Shown: one piece after another, positions 18,433 through 28,802 of the stretch
Position numbering within the stretch: position 1 is the stretch's first letter
How the letters are laid out: each line of letters opens with the position of its first letter
NCBI GenBank assembly: GCA_947447155.1
Contig: CANFIN010000005.1
Coordinates: 1-59,511 of the forward strand
Direction of reading: 5' to 3'
From: Bacteroidota bacterium
GTDB taxonomy: Bacteria; Bacteroidota; Bacteroidia; AKYH767-A; OLB10
Length of the DNA: 59,511 bases
Program-made: the position numbers and the translations under genes
The notes under the pieces: model-generated
The model's input: the letters and a program-made list of their open reading frames with translations, nothing else
What the model was told of the DNA's origin: nothing
Databases searched by the model: none

Positions 18433-18680
18433 AATTTATTGCCCACATCAATGTAATGCCTCAGAAGGCGTTGTTAGATCCTCAAGGAAGAGCAGTTTCT
18501 GCAGGGATGAAAAATTTAAATCTTAATGAAATTGACAATGTGCGTATTGGCAAAAGAATTTCATTGGAGGTAGAAGCTGCATCAAAAGAAGTTGCTTCCG
18601 AAAAAGTAGAAACAGCCTGCAAACAATTATTGGCAAACCCAATTATGGAAACGTATGAATTCCATTTAGAAGAAGCTTAA
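18429..18680 (+). CDS. purS: Phosphoribosylformylglycinamidine synthase subunit PurS
   Basis: LLDPQG.AV, VRIGK.I, C..LLANPIMETY; 83 aa. Confidence 0.95.
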   Translation: MKFIAHINVMPQKALLDPQGRAVSAGMKNLNLNEIDNVRIGKRISLEVEAASKEVASEKVETACKQLLANPIMETYEFHLEEA

Positions 18681-18697
18681 TCATTATTTACCCACAT

Positions 18698-18737
18698 AAA
18701 AAAACCCTGCAGTGAATACTACAGGGTTTTCTTTTTT
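18698..18737. terminator. Bidirectional terminator (purS/pheS)
   Basis: AAAACCCTG-cAGTgaatACTa-CAGGGTTTT with A and T tails. Confidence 0.85.
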
Positions 18738-18747
18738 CTATCAATTA

Positions 18748-19791
18748 TTAAATCACTCCTTTAAATTGCTTCAAAAAGCGAAGGTCATTTTCAGAGAATA
18801 AGCGTAAATCTTTTACACCATACTTCAACATCGTAATTCGTTCTATTCCCATCCCAAAGGCAAAGCCTGTATAAACTGTTGAATCGATATTACAATTTTC
18901 AAGCACTGCAGGATCAATCATACCGCATCCTAAAATTTCTACCCAGCCGGTATGCTTACATACATTACAACCGTCGCCTTTACAAAGCGAACAGCTTATA
19001 TCCATTTCTGCTGAAGGCTCTGTAAATGGGAAGTAAGAAGGACGCAATCTGATTTTAGTCTCGCTGCCAAACATTTCTTGCGCGAAGTATAACAACGTCT
19101 GTTTTAAGTCGGCAAACGAAACTCCTTTATCTATATAAAATCCTTCTACCTGATGAAAGAAACAATGTGCTCGCGCACTGATTGCTTCATTTCTATAAAC
19201 TCGTCCCGGACAAATTGTTCTAACTGGCGGCTCTTGATTATCAAGCACCCGAATCTGTACTGATGAAGTATGTGTACGCAAGGCTAAAGGGCCAAAGTAA
19301 TGTTCTTCATTCGGATTCAAATTAATAAAAAACGTATCCTGCATATCACGCGCGGGATGTTCCGGCGGGAAGTTCAAGGCTGAGAAATTATGCCAGTCAT
19401 CCTCCACCTCTGGACCATCACTAACGGTGAAGCCTATGCGTGAAAATATTCTGTTTATTTCATTGCGCACAATGCTGATTGGATGCATCGCTCCTGTTTC
19501 CTGAGGAACACCTGGCAATGTTAAATCGAATGCCGATGAAGAAGAATCAACCTGATTTTCGAGTTGTTCACGAATAGCATTTACCTTATCTTCTGCAACA
19601 TTCTTCAATTTATTTACCAGCTGTCCGAACTCTTTGCGTTGTTCGGCAGGCACCTCTTTCATCATGGCAAAAAGATCAGTAAGCACACCTTTTTTACCAA
19701 GGTATTGAAGGCGATATGCCTCTAACTCCTCCTTTCCATTAGGAGTAGCTGCTTCTGCTTCCGCGATAAATTGATTTATTTTTTCAAACAT
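18748..19791 (-). CDS. pheS: Phenylalanine--tRNA ligase alpha subunit
   Basis: HPARDMQDTF, LRTHTSSVQIR, FHQVEG, RPSYFPFTEPSAE, GFAFGMGIERITML. Confidence 0.98.
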   Translation of the reverse strand: MFEKINQFIAEAEAATPNGKEELEAYRLQYLGKKGVLTDLFAMMKEVPAEQRKEFGQLVNKLKNVAEDKVNAIREQLENQVDSSSSAFDLTLPGVPQETGAMHPISIVRNEINRIFSRIGFTVSDGPEVEDDWHNFSALNFPPEHPARDMQDTFFINLNPNEEHYFGPLALRTHTSSVQIRVLDNQEPPVRTICPGRVYRNEAISARAHCFFHQVEGFYIDKGVSFADLKQTLLYFAQEMFGSETKIRLRPSYFPFTEPSAEMDISCSLCKGDGCNVCKHTGWVEILGCGMIDPAVLENCNIDSTVYTGFAFGMGIERITMLKYGVKDLRLFSENDLRFLKQFKGVI

Positions 19792-19793
19792 GA

Positions 19794-20483
19794 TTATTTA
19801 TCCACTAAAACCATTTTCATACGCAAATCTGTAGCGGGGCGATCATTAGGACCACAAGGTACTGCGGCAATTTTATCAATTACATCAAGTCCTTCTACAA
19901 CTTCACCATAAACTGTGTATTCTCCATCTAACCAAGCAGAACCTCCAATAGTTTTATAGTCGTTGCGCTTAGTTTCCGACATTGGCTTTCCTGAACGACG
20001 CTCCATCATTTGAAGTTCGTTTTCAATCATAGGCTTACCCTGAACGATATAAAACTGACAACCGCTAGATGCTTTCTCAGGATTATTATCACGCGCAGCA
20101 GCTAAAACGCCTTTTTTATGATACAAACTATCATTAATCTCAGCAGGAATTCGGTAACCCACATCTCCTCCACCTAGCATTTGACCTGCAGGAGCATTTT
20201 TAGATTGAGGGTCTCCTCCTTGAATCATAAAACCTTTGATTACACGGTGAAATAAAAGACTATCATAAAACCCTTCTGAAACTAATTTCACAAAATTATC
20301 GCGGTGAAGCGGCGTTTCATTGTATAATTTCACTTTCATTGTTCCAAAATCAGTGGTGATTTGAACGTAATACACTTTTTCCATAGTTGCTTTTTTATCT
20401 GTTTTATTATTTTTCTGGCCATATCCAATTGAACTCACAAACACGAGCGCAATAAGGCTTAATATTAATGCTATTTTATTCAT
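19794..20483 (-). CDS. Exported cyclophilin-type peptidyl-prolyl isomerase
   Basis: Signal peptide; LYNETPLHRDNF, FHRVIKGFMIQGGDP, SSGCQFYIV, LDGEYTVYGEV. Confidence 0.93.
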   Translation of the reverse strand: MNKIALILSLIALVFVSSIGYGQKNNKTDKKATMEKVYYVQITTDFGTMKVKLYNETPLHRDNFVKLVSEGFYDSLLFHRVIKGFMIQGGDPQSKNAPAGQMLGGGDVGYRIPAEINDSLYHKKGVLAAARDNNPEKASSGCQFYIVQGKPMIENELQMMERRSGKPMSETKRNDYKTIGGSAWLDGEYTVYGEVVEGLDVIDKIAAVPCGPNDRPATDLRMKMVLVDK

Positions 20484-20573
20484 TACAAGATTTGTTTATT
20501 TTTGGATTTGCAAGTTTACGGAAGATTTGTTTTCTGTTCTATTGCAATAATAATTAAATTCGAACAAATTATG

Positions 20574-20581
20574 TAGCTTTG
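20574..20581 (+). promoter_or_regulatory. -7 element TAGCTTTG
   Basis: 28 nt upstream of ATG 20610. Confidence 0.6.
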
Positions 20582-20609
20582 TCGTATTGAGCCGATATTT
20601 ACACAGACC

Positions 20610-20957
20610 ATGGTTAGAAATATTATCCTTTTATTAGCTGTTGCAGGAATCATCAGTGTATCTGCCTGCAAAAAAACACAACCTTGTAAAGCAATAATTA
20701 CTGTTGTTGACACATTAGGGAATCCTGTTGTAGGTGCTACTGTGGTTTTACGTCAGGATAGCGTAGTTAATGCGCAAACTGGTGTTCGTGCCGATTTATT
20801 TCAGGAACAGGTATCTACCGGAACTGGAGAAGCTTTCTTCGAGTTTAAATGGGAAGCTGTTCTAAATGTAGAAGCATCGAAAGATGTATTGTCTGCAAAA
20901 GATTACATCCGTTTAGAGCAATCTGAAGAAGTTAGAAAAACTGTAGTTATCAAATAA
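20610..20957 (+). CDS. Small lipoprotein with prealbumin/carboxypeptidase-regulatory-like fold
   Basis: Lipobox VSAC; ITVVDTLGNPVVGATV motif; own promoter and terminator. Confidence 0.75.
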   Translation: MVRNIILLLAVAGIISVSACKKTQPCKAIITVVDTLGNPVVGATVVLRQDSVVNAQTGVRADLFQEQVSTGTGEAFFEFKWEAVLNVEASKDVLSAKDYIRLEQSEEVRKTVVIK

Positions 20958-20976
20958 TAACTACCTACTAATAAAC

Positions 20977-21010
20977 AAAAAAACCTGGCAATAACTGTCA
21001 GGTTTTTTTT
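20977..21010. terminator. Bidirectional terminator
   Basis: A-run CCTGGCA-ataac-TGTCAGG T-run. Confidence 0.85.
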
Positions 21011-21014
21011 ATTT

Positions 21015-21374
21015 CTATTGAAAAATCTCATGCTCTTCGAAGTAATCAATGATACATTGCTTTAACAGATAATCTTGTTCCCCGAGGTTCATTTTAGGTA
21101 GCTGGTTTACTAATTTCCAATGTGGCCACCCTTCCTCATCTTCTCCTGCAAGCTCATAATAACCATACATTGATAACAATCTGCAAGTAGCGATATGCAT
21201 CAGATCTTGCTTCTCATCTTTTTTAAATTTTTGAACTCCCTGGCCGAGTTCCTGAACTCCAATAATAAATAGCAATCCTTGTAAATCAACATCGGCATCA
21301 AAATGCTTGTTCACTTTTTGAATCACAACATCCCATTGCGATTTTAACTCTTCAATATTTCTGACGTGCAACAT
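21015..21374 (-). CDS. Conserved Bacteroidota hypothetical protein
   Basis: LFIIGVQELG...KQDLMHIATCRLL..GYY..G.DEEGWPHW; 2 nt from the gldH stop. Confidence 0.8.
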   Translation of the reverse strand: MLHVRNIEELKSQWDVVIQKVNKHFDADVDLQGLLFIIGVQELGQGVQKFKKDEKQDLMHIATCRLLSMYGYYELAGEDEEGWPHWKLVNQLPKMNLGEQDYLLKQCIIDYFEEHEIFQ

Positions 21375-21376
21375 AG

Positions 21377-21853
21377 CTACTTAACTTTTTCGATACGCAT
21401 TCCAGCATCGGTTATACCGGGCAACGGATTTAGACGCATTGCCTGTGAAATCTCAAAACTATATTTACCCTTTTCAGGAAATGTAACATTTCTTTTGAAT
21501 AAAACTCGGTTATCCCAGATATCTCCAAGACCTCTTCCCATCCATTTTCCTTCTGGCGAAGCAAGCATAATTTCTACAGTATCTTTATCGATAGTCCCGT
21601 TGGGGAAATAAGTATTTACAAATAAAAATATGTTGCTATATGGATAGTTTCCGGCATTGCGCAGATTTAAATAAACATTGTACCCATTCGATGTATCAGG
21701 AATTTCTGTCTCGAATTTAAAAACCTTTTCAGCATCCCAATTAGCATCCTTAATTGTTTTATTTTCTTCAAACAAAGTAGCATTATCTTTACATGCTATC
21801 CAAAACATTGATACCATGAACAACCCATAAAAAAAGAATTTTGAACTATTCAT
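21377..21853 (-). CDS. gldH: Gliding motility lipoprotein GldH
   Basis: Lipobox WIAC; LRN..NYPYSNIFL, DTVE..LA...GKWMG.G, QAMR..PL.GI.D.G; follows ricT. Confidence 0.92.
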   Translation of the reverse strand: MNSSKFFFYGLFMVSMFWIACKDNATLFEENKTIKDANWDAEKVFKFETEIPDTSNGYNVYLNLRNAGNYPYSNIFLFVNTYFPNGTIDKDTVEIMLASPEGKWMGRGLGDIWDNRVLFKRNVTFPEKGKYSFEISQAMRLNPLPGITDAGMRIEKVK

Positions 21854-21858
21854 GAGTA

Positions 21859-23346
21859 TTAACTTCCTCTATCAAATTTACGCGGTGGACGATTGCTTTT
21901 TGTAGGCGTTGCAGGGTTGTTTGCTGGATTATTTGCTGGCGCTGTTGGTGCCGGTTGTGGAGGCATATCCGTAGCACCGGGCAATTTCCTTTCTGGCCTT
22001 GCAGGGTTAGTGGTTAATGGATTTGCTTTTGGAGCATCAGGCATTTGGCGCTGTGGCTGCGGTCTTGGTCCTTGGTTAGGATTCGGAGCAGGCTTTGGCT
22101 GAGGTGCTAGTTGTTTTGCTGGTGGTGGATTATTTGAAGCTGGCTTAGCAACTGCAACAGCAGGCGTTTTTTCTCCACCTGTTCTATCGCTTGGCTTCTT
22201 CTTCTTTTTCTTCTTCTTACGATCCATACGAGTCAGACTATCCTGCCCTACAACATCTTTATAGTGCATATCCTCCTCAGTCGTATCTTCTATTTCTAAA
22301 ACTCCAGCATCATCTGGTTTCTGTCCGCGCTTATTTAAATCAATAATTTCTTTAACGCGCTCAACACTTAGTGGAACCCAGTTTTCAGGAACAAAAGGCG
22401 TTCTCTCATTCTCTTCTTTCGCTTCTGGAATTAAGTTATACCACATAATTCGTTTAAAGATATCCGTCTTACGATGCACCATAGTTCCCTTAGAAAGAGA
22501 TAATCGAATATTCGATTCCGGGATATCCCTCAAGGCATCCATATAGGTATCTAACTCGTAGTTGAGGCAGCATTTCAACTTACCACACTGACCAGCCAGT
22601 TTTAATGGATTCAAGGATAAATTCTGATAACGTGCGGCGCTGGTAGAAACAATTTTAAAATCAGTCAGCCAGGTAGAGCAACAAAGCTCTCTTCCGCATG
22701 AACCAATACCGCCCAATCGAGCAGCCTCCTGACGCATACCTATCTGACGCATCTCAATTCTCACCTTAAACTCGTCAGCTAATCTTTTAATCAGCTCGCG
22801 AAAATCTACGCGTTCATCAGCTGTATAATAAAAAGTTGCTTTTTTACCGTCACCTTGATATTCAACATCACTCAATTTCATTTTAAGTCCGAGTTGTAAC
22901 GCAATGGTACGAGAGCGATGCATTGTATTAAATTCAAGACCCTTTACTTCTTTCCATTTATCATGATCCGCTTGCTTAGCTTCACGATAAAGCGATTTAA
23001 TTTCGATTGAATCATCCGCAAGATTTCTCTTTCGTAATTGAAAGCGAACTAGCTCGCCAATCATACTTACTTCCCCGATATCATGTCCGGGGTTTCCTTC
23101 CACCGCTACAATGTCGCCTACCTTTAAAACCAGATTATTGACATTTCTAAAAAACTCCTTTCTGCTTCCTTTGAATCTTACCTCTAAAACATCATAAGGT
23201 TTATGTCCTTCTGGGAGCACCATATCGGACAACCAGTTATATACATTCAATTTATTGCAGCCACCAGTACCACAGGTACCATTGCTTTTACAGCCGGCAG
23301 GAGTTCCATTTGTTGAGTCGGTGGTGGAACAGGTACTACATCCCAT
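21859..23346 (-). CDS. ricT: PSP1-domain / RicT-like regulatory Fe-S protein with long low-complexity tail
   Basis: Cys-rich N-terminus; MKLSDVEYQGDG.KATFYYTA..RVDFRELI; GGIGSCGRELCCSTW; GQCGKLKCCLNYE. Confidence 0.9.
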   Translation of the reverse strand: MGCSTCSTTDSTNGTPAGCKSNGTCGTGGCNKLNVYNWLSDMVLPEGHKPYDVLEVRFKGSRKEFFRNVNNLVLKVGDIVAVEGNPGHDIGEVSMIGELVRFQLRKRNLADDSIEIKSLYREAKQADHDKWKEVKGLEFNTMHRSRTIALQLGLKMKLSDVEYQGDGKKATFYYTADERVDFRELIKRLADEFKVRIEMRQIGMRQEAARLGGIGSCGRELCCSTWLTDFKIVSTSAARYQNLSLNPLKLAGQCGKLKCCLNYELDTYMDALRDIPESNIRLSLSKGTMVHRKTDIFKRIMWYNLIPEAKEENERTPFVPENWVPLSVERVKEIIDLNKRGQKPDDAGVLEIEDTTEEDMHYKDVVGQDSLTRMDRKKKKKKKKPSDRTGGEKTPAVAVAKPASNNPPPAKQLAPQPKPAPNPNQGPRPQPQRQMPDAPKANPLTTNPARPERKLPGATDMPPQPAPTAPANNPANNPATPTKSNRPPRKFDRGS

Positions 23347-23410
23347 AAGCTTCTATATTTTGTTCGTTTACCACTATGATAATTTAATTAATGCTGTAAA
23401 GTTAACTTTT

Positions 23411-24556
23411 CTATTCTTTAATTTGAAGTATGTTCCCCAATTTAAGCGATAAATCAAGGAATAGAATCTTTGCGTGGGCATTTCGCTCGATATGATAATG
23501 CGCTTTACTAAGTTCCTCTACAAAAGGAGTCATGTTTTTGGCATTGATAAACGGAAGGAATTTCTCCAATGTTTTCACCTGCTGATTATCGAGTTTTACG
23601 AGTGAGGGTTCAGCCAAATTGACCATCATGCATTCTCTCACCATTTGAATTGATGCAAATAGAAATTGTTTCTGCTCTTCTCTTTTATGTGCCGCCATCT
23701 GATCAACCCAAGCCATTAACGCTTCCATGTTTTTTATTGGATTAAAACACAAACGCATCCATGCTAAAAATGCTTTATCGAAAGTATCGTCACCCACTAA
23801 TTGCTCTGATAGTTCTTCTGCAAGGTGGTAATCGCCATCTGCAAGGCGCGCTAATTCACCTGCTTTTTGCATATCCATGCCCTTATTAAGCAATAATGAT
23901 TTTATCACTTGCTGATCATCTAATCGGCCAAGCTTAACAGATTGTGTTCGCGATAAAATAGTTTGAAGAAGTGCTTCTCGCTGTTCAGAGGCCAGGATAA
24001 ACAAAGTATTATCCGGTGGCTCTTCAAAACTCTTTAAAAGTTTATTCGCTAAATCCTGTCCCATTTTTTCAGGCAACCACATGATTACAACCTTGAATGG
24101 AGCTTCAAAAGCTTTTAAGTTAATCCGCTTAATTATCTCTGGAGCTTCGTGCACAAAAATTCTCCCCTGCTTGTTTTCTGTATCACTAATCTCCGCTATC
24201 CAATCATTATAATCCAGGTAAGGATGCGAAAGAACAGCCTTTCTAAAATCTACAATAAAGTCGTTAGAAACCGGCTTGTCAATTTTTTGTTTGGCGAGGG
24301 TGATCACTGGAAAACTGAAGTAAATATCCGGATGGACCATCTTATTGCATTTCTGACAAACACCACAAACACCACAACTATCCTCATCAGATGGGTTTTC
24401 ACAAATCAGGAACTGCGCATAGGCCATCGCCATAGGCAAAACCCCTGATCCGGGCGGACCAAAAAACAGTTGTGCATGACTGACACGCTTTTCTTTGCGA
24501 GAAGCACGTAGACTTGCCTTTACCTTGTCTTGCCCAATTACATCCTTAAATTGCAT
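23411..24556 (-). CDS. holB: DNA polymerase III subunit delta'
   Basis: F.DVIGQ, HAQLFFGPPGSG, Zn motif C...CGVCGVC, HPD, ANKLLKSFEEPP, LLQTILSRTQ. Confidence 0.93.
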   Translation of the reverse strand: MQFKDVIGQDKVKASLRASRKEKRVSHAQLFFGPPGSGVLPMAMAYAQFLICENPSDEDSCGVCGVCQKCNKMVHPDIYFSFPVITLAKQKIDKPVSNDFIVDFRKAVLSHPYLDYNDWIAEISDTENKQGRIFVHEAPEIIKRINLKAFEAPFKVVIMWLPEKMGQDLANKLLKSFEEPPDNTLFILASEQREALLQTILSRTQSVKLGRLDDQQVIKSLLLNKGMDMQKAGELARLADGDYHLAEELSEQLVGDDTFDKAFLAWMRLCFNPIKNMEALMAWVDQMAAHKREEQKQFLFASIQMVRECMMVNLAEPSLVKLDNQQVKTLEKFLPFINAKNMTPFVEELSKAHYHIERNAHAKILFLDLSLKLGNILQIKE

Positions 24557-24561
24557 AGTTG

Positions 24562-24569
24562 CAAAAATA
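24562..24569 (-). promoter_or_regulatory. -7 element TATTTTTG (near-leaderless holB)
   Basis: CAAAAATA on +, 5 nt from the ATG at 24556. Confidence 0.65.
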
Positions 24570-24676
24570 CACGGAATGACCTTTCAAAGTTGAGTTTCCT
24601 CCTTCCGTATTTAGTTTTTTTTCTAGAATTTATCCAATCGTTTTGGTGGAAAAGTTTTTTTTAGGCAAGGAACACC

Positions 24677-24684
24677 TATTTTTG
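24677..24684 (+). promoter_or_regulatory. -7 element TATTTTTG for pgk
   Basis: 21 nt upstream of ATG 24706. Confidence 0.65.
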
Positions 24685-24705
24685 CGCTCTTAAAATTTGA
24701 TTATT

Positions 24706-25908
24706 ATGCAAATAAAAACCATCGATCAATTCGACTTTGCTGGTAAAAAAGCCCTTATACGCGTCGACTTTAACGTTCCACTGAACAGCGATTTTCAGGT
24801 GACTGACCCTACTCGTATCAAGGCTGCAATTCCAACAATTGAAAAAATAATAAATGATGGTGGTAGCGTAATACTTATGTCGCACTTAGGTCGTCCAAAA
24901 GAAGGACCAGCCGAGAAATACTCGTTGAAGCATACCGTATCAACACTTTCAGCTCTATTAAATCGTCCTGTACAATTTGCTACTGATTGCATCAATGCAC
25001 CTGCTGAAGAGGCCGCTGCATCATTACAAAATGGCGAGGTGCTTTTATTAGAGAATTTACGATTTTACAAAGACGAAGAAAAAGGGGCTCCTGAATTTGC
25101 TAAGAAGTTGGCAGCATTAGGCGATGTATATGTGAATGATGCATTTGGAACTGCACATCGCGCTCATGCAAGTACAGCTGTGATTGCTCAATACTTCAAA
25201 GGCAATAGTATGTTTGGCTATGTGATGGCAAACGAATTAAACAACGCAGAAAAAGTATTGAATAATGCGGCAACTCCTTTTACCGCGATTATGGGTGGTG
25301 CTAAAGTTTCTGATAAAATATTAATCATTGAGCAATTGATGAATAAAGTTAATCATTTGATTATTGGTGGAGGAATGGCTTACACTTTTATTAAAGCAAT
25401 GGGTGGAAACATAGGCAATTCACTTTGCGAAGACGATAAGCTAGACTTAGCGATGCTGATATTAGAAAAGGCAAAGGAAATGGGCGTGCAAATTCATTTA
25501 CCAACTGATTCCGTAAACGGTGATAAATTCGACAAAGACGCTAATACTAACACTACGGATATCCGCCATATTGAAGCAGGTTGGTTAGGACTAGATATTG
25601 GTCCGGATTCGGCTGCGGCTTTTGCAAAAGTGATTAGCGAAAGTAAAACGATTTTATGGAATGGGCCGATGGGAGTTTTTGAAATGAAAAAATTTGAAAA
25701 CGGCACTAAAACAGTAGCAGATGCAATTGTGGCAGCAACTGCAAATGGTGCGTTTTCATTAATTGGTGGTGGCGACTCTGCCGCGGCAATAAATCAGTTT
25801 TCACTTGCAAAACAAGTAAGTTATGTTTCTACTGGAGGTGGTGCATTACTTGAATATATTGAAGGGAAGGAACTACCAGGAGTAAAAATGGTGATAGAAG
25901 CTTATTAA
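24706..25908 (+). CDS. pgk: Phosphoglycerate kinase
   Basis: [58 protein letters not shown]. Start set to ATG 24706. Confidence 0.98.
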   Translation: MQIKTIDQFDFAGKKALIRVDFNVPLNSDFQVTDPTRIKAAIPTIEKIINDGGSVILMSHLGRPKEGPAEKYSLKHTVSTLSALLNRPVQFATDCINAPAEEAAASLQNGEVLLLENLRFYKDEEKGAPEFAKKLAALGDVYVNDAFGTAHRAHASTAVIAQYFKGNSMFGYVMANELNNAEKVLNNAATPFTAIMGGAKVSDKILIIEQLMNKVNHLIIGGGMAYTFIKAMGGNIGNSLCEDDKLDLAMLILEKAKEMGVQIHLPTDSVNGDKFDKDANTNTTDIRHIEAGWLGLDIGPDSAAAFAKVISESKTILWNGPMGVFEMKKFENGTKTVADAIVAATANGAFSLIGGGDSAAAINQFSLAKQVSYVSTGGGALLEYIEGKELPGVKMVIEAY

Positions 25909-26000
25909 CTATTTAGCTCTTTTTATTGTTAATGATTGATAAAAAGCAACATTGCTAAAGCAACAACAGAGCACTATATTAGCAGAAACATTGTTTTAAC

Positions 26001-26525
26001 ATGAACTACTTAGACATTTTAATTGCACTTCCTATTTGCTGGGGATTATACAAAGGTTGGAAAAGAGGAATCATTTTCGAAATTGCGATGATGATTGGAC
26101 TTGTTCTAGGATTGTATGTAGCGATAAAGTTTTCGGGATTATTTGAAGGTGTAGTTAAAAAAATGACAGATAGCCCGGACAAAGTTTTGCCGTGGATTAC
26201 ATTTATACTTGTATTTGTTTTGGTACTGGTAGTTATGATTTTACTTGCAAGATTTTTAGAAGGCATTTTGAAAATCGGAAAACTATCTCAAATTAATCAG
26301 TTGTTAGGATCAATTTTCGGAGGATTAAAATTTGCATTAACGGTAAGTGTGATTCTTGCTATTTTTAAGCCTATTGATAATCGCGTTAAACTTATTGATG
26401 ACAAAACAAAACAAGAATCATTATTGTATTCCCCTGTTTTAAATTTGTCGCATTTGTTATTTCCTGCATTAGAAGACGTAAAGCAAGAATTTGAAAAAGT
26501 AATTCCTGAACCTAAAGAGAAATGA
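26001..26525 (+). CDS. CvpA (colicin V production) family membrane protein
   Basis: MNYLDI...GWKRGIIFE; INQLLGSIFG; SLLYSP. Confidence 0.88.
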   Translation: MNYLDILIALPICWGLYKGWKRGIIFEIAMMIGLVLGLYVAIKFSGLFEGVVKKMTDSPDKVLPWITFILVFVLVLVVMILLARFLEGILKIGKLSQINQLLGSIFGGLKFALTVSVILAIFKPIDNRVKLIDDKTKQESLLYSPVLNLSHLLFPALEDVKQEFEKVIPEPKEK

Positions 26526-27004
26526 AAAAACTAATTATTATTTTTTTAATGTTATTGTCCTCGGATTTATGGGCACAAGACTCCCTAATTTATCATCCGG
26601 AGATTAATGCTGCAGAACAAATTAAATCTGCCACAATTAAAGCTACTGCAGAAAACAAACATGTACTACTAATGATTGGAGGCAACTGGTGCAGATGGTG
26701 TAAAATGTTTAACAAATTTGTTACAACCGATTTTCAATTAGATTCTGCAATGAATAAAAACTTCGTAGTTGAACATATTAATTATAGTAAGGAAAACAAA
26801 AACGCTGAAACATTAAAAAACCTCCATTTCCCACAGCGATTTGGATTCCCTGTTTTTGTTATTTTGAATTCGACTGGTGTAATAATTCACACTCAAAATT
26901 CAGCTTATCTTGAAAAAGGAGAAGGTTACGATAAAGAAACAGTAATGGACTTTTTTAATCAATGGAGAAAAGAAGCGCTTGATGAAAAAAATTATAAAAA
27001 CTAA
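26522..27004 (+). CDS. Exported thioredoxin-family protein
   Basis: Signal peptide; GGNWCRWC; GFPVFVIL. Confidence 0.88.
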   Translation: MKKLIIIFLMLLSSDLWAQDSLIYHPEINAAEQIKSATIKATAENKHVLLMIGGNWCRWCKMFNKFVTTDFQLDSAMNKNFVVEHINYSKENKNAETLKNLHFPQRFGFPVFVILNSTGVIIHTQNSAYLEKGEGYDKETVMDFFNQWRKEALDEKNYKN

Positions 27005-27007
27005 TTA

Positions 27008-27940
27008 ATGTCAGAAATAGTCCCGGCTTCTTTTTGGATTTATTTTAACCTTGGCATTTTAGCATTACTTGGACTTGATTTGTTTTTCGTCAATCGTGAT
27101 AACAAAGCGGTTTCGGTAAAAGAAACAATTAGCTGGGTGCTTTTTTGGATAGGTGTTGCATTCGCATTCGCAGCATGGATTTATTATTGTTTTGGTACAG
27201 CTTCTACTATTGAATTTACAACCACCTACCTAATTGAATGGACTTTAAGCGTAGACAATCTTTTTGTATTCATTATTGTATTTAAATATTTCAAAGTTCC
27301 GGATGAATACCAGCATCGCGTTTTATTTTGGGGGATATTGGGGGCGTTAGTGTTGCGTGGAATATTTATTTCAGCAGGTGTTACGCTTATACAGCACTTT
27401 GAATGGCTTATCTATTTATTTGGAGGCTTTCTTGTTTTTACAGGATTTAAAATTTTCTTTCATCACGATGACGAAGCCTCCGACTTATCTAAAAACTATG
27501 TGGTGCGCATCATGAAAAAATTTGTTCCATTAGCAGATGAATATGATGGAGCTAAATTTTTCACTAAACAAAATGCGAGATTAATTGCTACTCCATTATT
27601 ATTGGTATTAGTAGTAATTGAGTTCACCGATTTGATTTTTGCAGTTGATTCAATTCCTGCTTCCTTATCCATCAGTAAAAATGCATTTATTATTTATTGT
27701 AGTAATGTATTAGCCGTATTAGGATTACGCTCGTTATACTTCGGAATTTCACATCTGATGAAAATTTTCAGATATCTAAAATTTGGTATTGCTGTTATTC
27801 TTGTATTTGTAGGATTTAAAATGATTATTGCAGAATATTTCAATCATCACATGCCTTCTATTATTGCATTAGGAACAATTATTATGATACTTACAATTAG
27901 TATTTTGTTTTCATTAAATGCAAAAGAAAGAGTATCATGA
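27008..27940 (+). CDS. TerC/Alx family metal-homeostasis membrane protein
   Basis: YLIEWTLSVDNLFVF, QHRVLFWGILGALVLRGIFI, EFTDLIFAVDSIPA, SNVLAVLGLRSLYF. Confidence 0.92.
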   Translation: MSEIVPASFWIYFNLGILALLGLDLFFVNRDNKAVSVKETISWVLFWIGVAFAFAAWIYYCFGTASTIEFTTTYLIEWTLSVDNLFVFIIVFKYFKVPDEYQHRVLFWGILGALVLRGIFISAGVTLIQHFEWLIYLFGGFLVFTGFKIFFHHDDEASDLSKNYVVRIMKKFVPLADEYDGAKFFTKQNARLIATPLLLVLVVIEFTDLIFAVDSIPASLSISKNAFIIYCSNVLAVLGLRSLYFGISHLMKIFRYLKFGIAVILVFVGFKMIIAEYFNHHMPSIIALGTIIMILTISILFSLNAKERVS

Positions 27941-28725
27941 TTGGATTGTTTCGATTAGTTTGGGGTTATATTATTTATTGGTTTTCATCAGTTGGCCGCC
28001 ACGGATTACAATCAACTTTTCTTTATAATTTAAATGAGTTTGTTTGGCGATATGATAAAAAAAATTTGTCGCAAAATAGAATTGAAGCTTATCGCGAAGC
28101 ATGTTTAAAAAACAAAACAGTTATTGATGTAAAAGATTTTGGAGCAGGCGTAAATGGAAATATAAAGAAAGAATTATCTATTGCTTCCATTGCAAAAAAT
28201 GCTGCAAAGCCTCCTAAATATGCCCGCATGCTTTTTCGTTTGATGGAGTATTTGAAACCTGAGAATGTAATTGAATTAGGAACATCGTTAGGCATCAGTT
28301 CATTATACATCAGCTCAGGAAATCCGAAGATGAAATTAACTAGCTTGGAAGGATGTGATTCAACTGCTGAATTTTCGCGTAAACAATTTCAGCAATTCCC
28401 TGATTTGAATATAGAAGTAATAACTGGAGATTTTGATACTACTTTATCAGAACTATTAAAGTCCAAAAGTAAAATCGACGCCATTTACATTGATGGAAAT
28501 CACCGTTACGAACCGACCTTGCGCTACTTTAATATGTGCTTACCTTATATGCATGATGAATCTTTTATCATCTTTGATGATATCAATTGGTCGGAGGAGA
28601 TGAAGAAAGCTTGGCAAGAAATTATTAAGCATCCAAGTGTAAGTATTTCAATTGATGTATTTATGATGGGCATCGTATTTTTCAATAAAGGATTTTCAAA
28701 ACAAGATTTTAAAATAAGATATTAA
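27937..28725 (+). CDS. Class I SAM-dependent (O-)methyltransferase
   Basis: DFGAG, IELGTSLGIS, IYIDGNHRYE, IFDDINWS. Confidence 0.88.
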   Translation: MIGLFRLVWGYIIYWFSSVGRHGLQSTFLYNLNEFVWRYDKKNLSQNRIEAYREACLKNKTVIDVKDFGAGVNGNIKKELSIASIAKNAAKPPKYARMLFRLMEYLKPENVIELGTSLGISSLYISSGNPKMKLTSLEGCDSTAEFSRKQFQQFPDLNIEVITGDFDTTLSELLKSKSKIDAIYIDGNHRYEPTLRYFNMCLPYMHDESFIIFDDINWSEEMKKAWQEIIKHPSVSISIDVFMMGIVFFNKGFSKQDFKIRY

Positions 28726-28802
28726 TCAAATAGCGTTTTATTCCTCTAAATGCACGAACAGAATAAGCATCCGTTTGTTACCTTTGATAAAAATTTATTC
28801 GC

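Noticed and set aside
18950-18995. CxxC...CxxC insert in PheS
   Set aside because: A common feature of many bacterial PheS proteins; not unusual.
27005-27008. yybP-ykoY Mn riboswitch expected before TerC/Alx
   Set aside because: Only 3 nt separate TerC from the upstream gene, leaving no room for a riboswitch.
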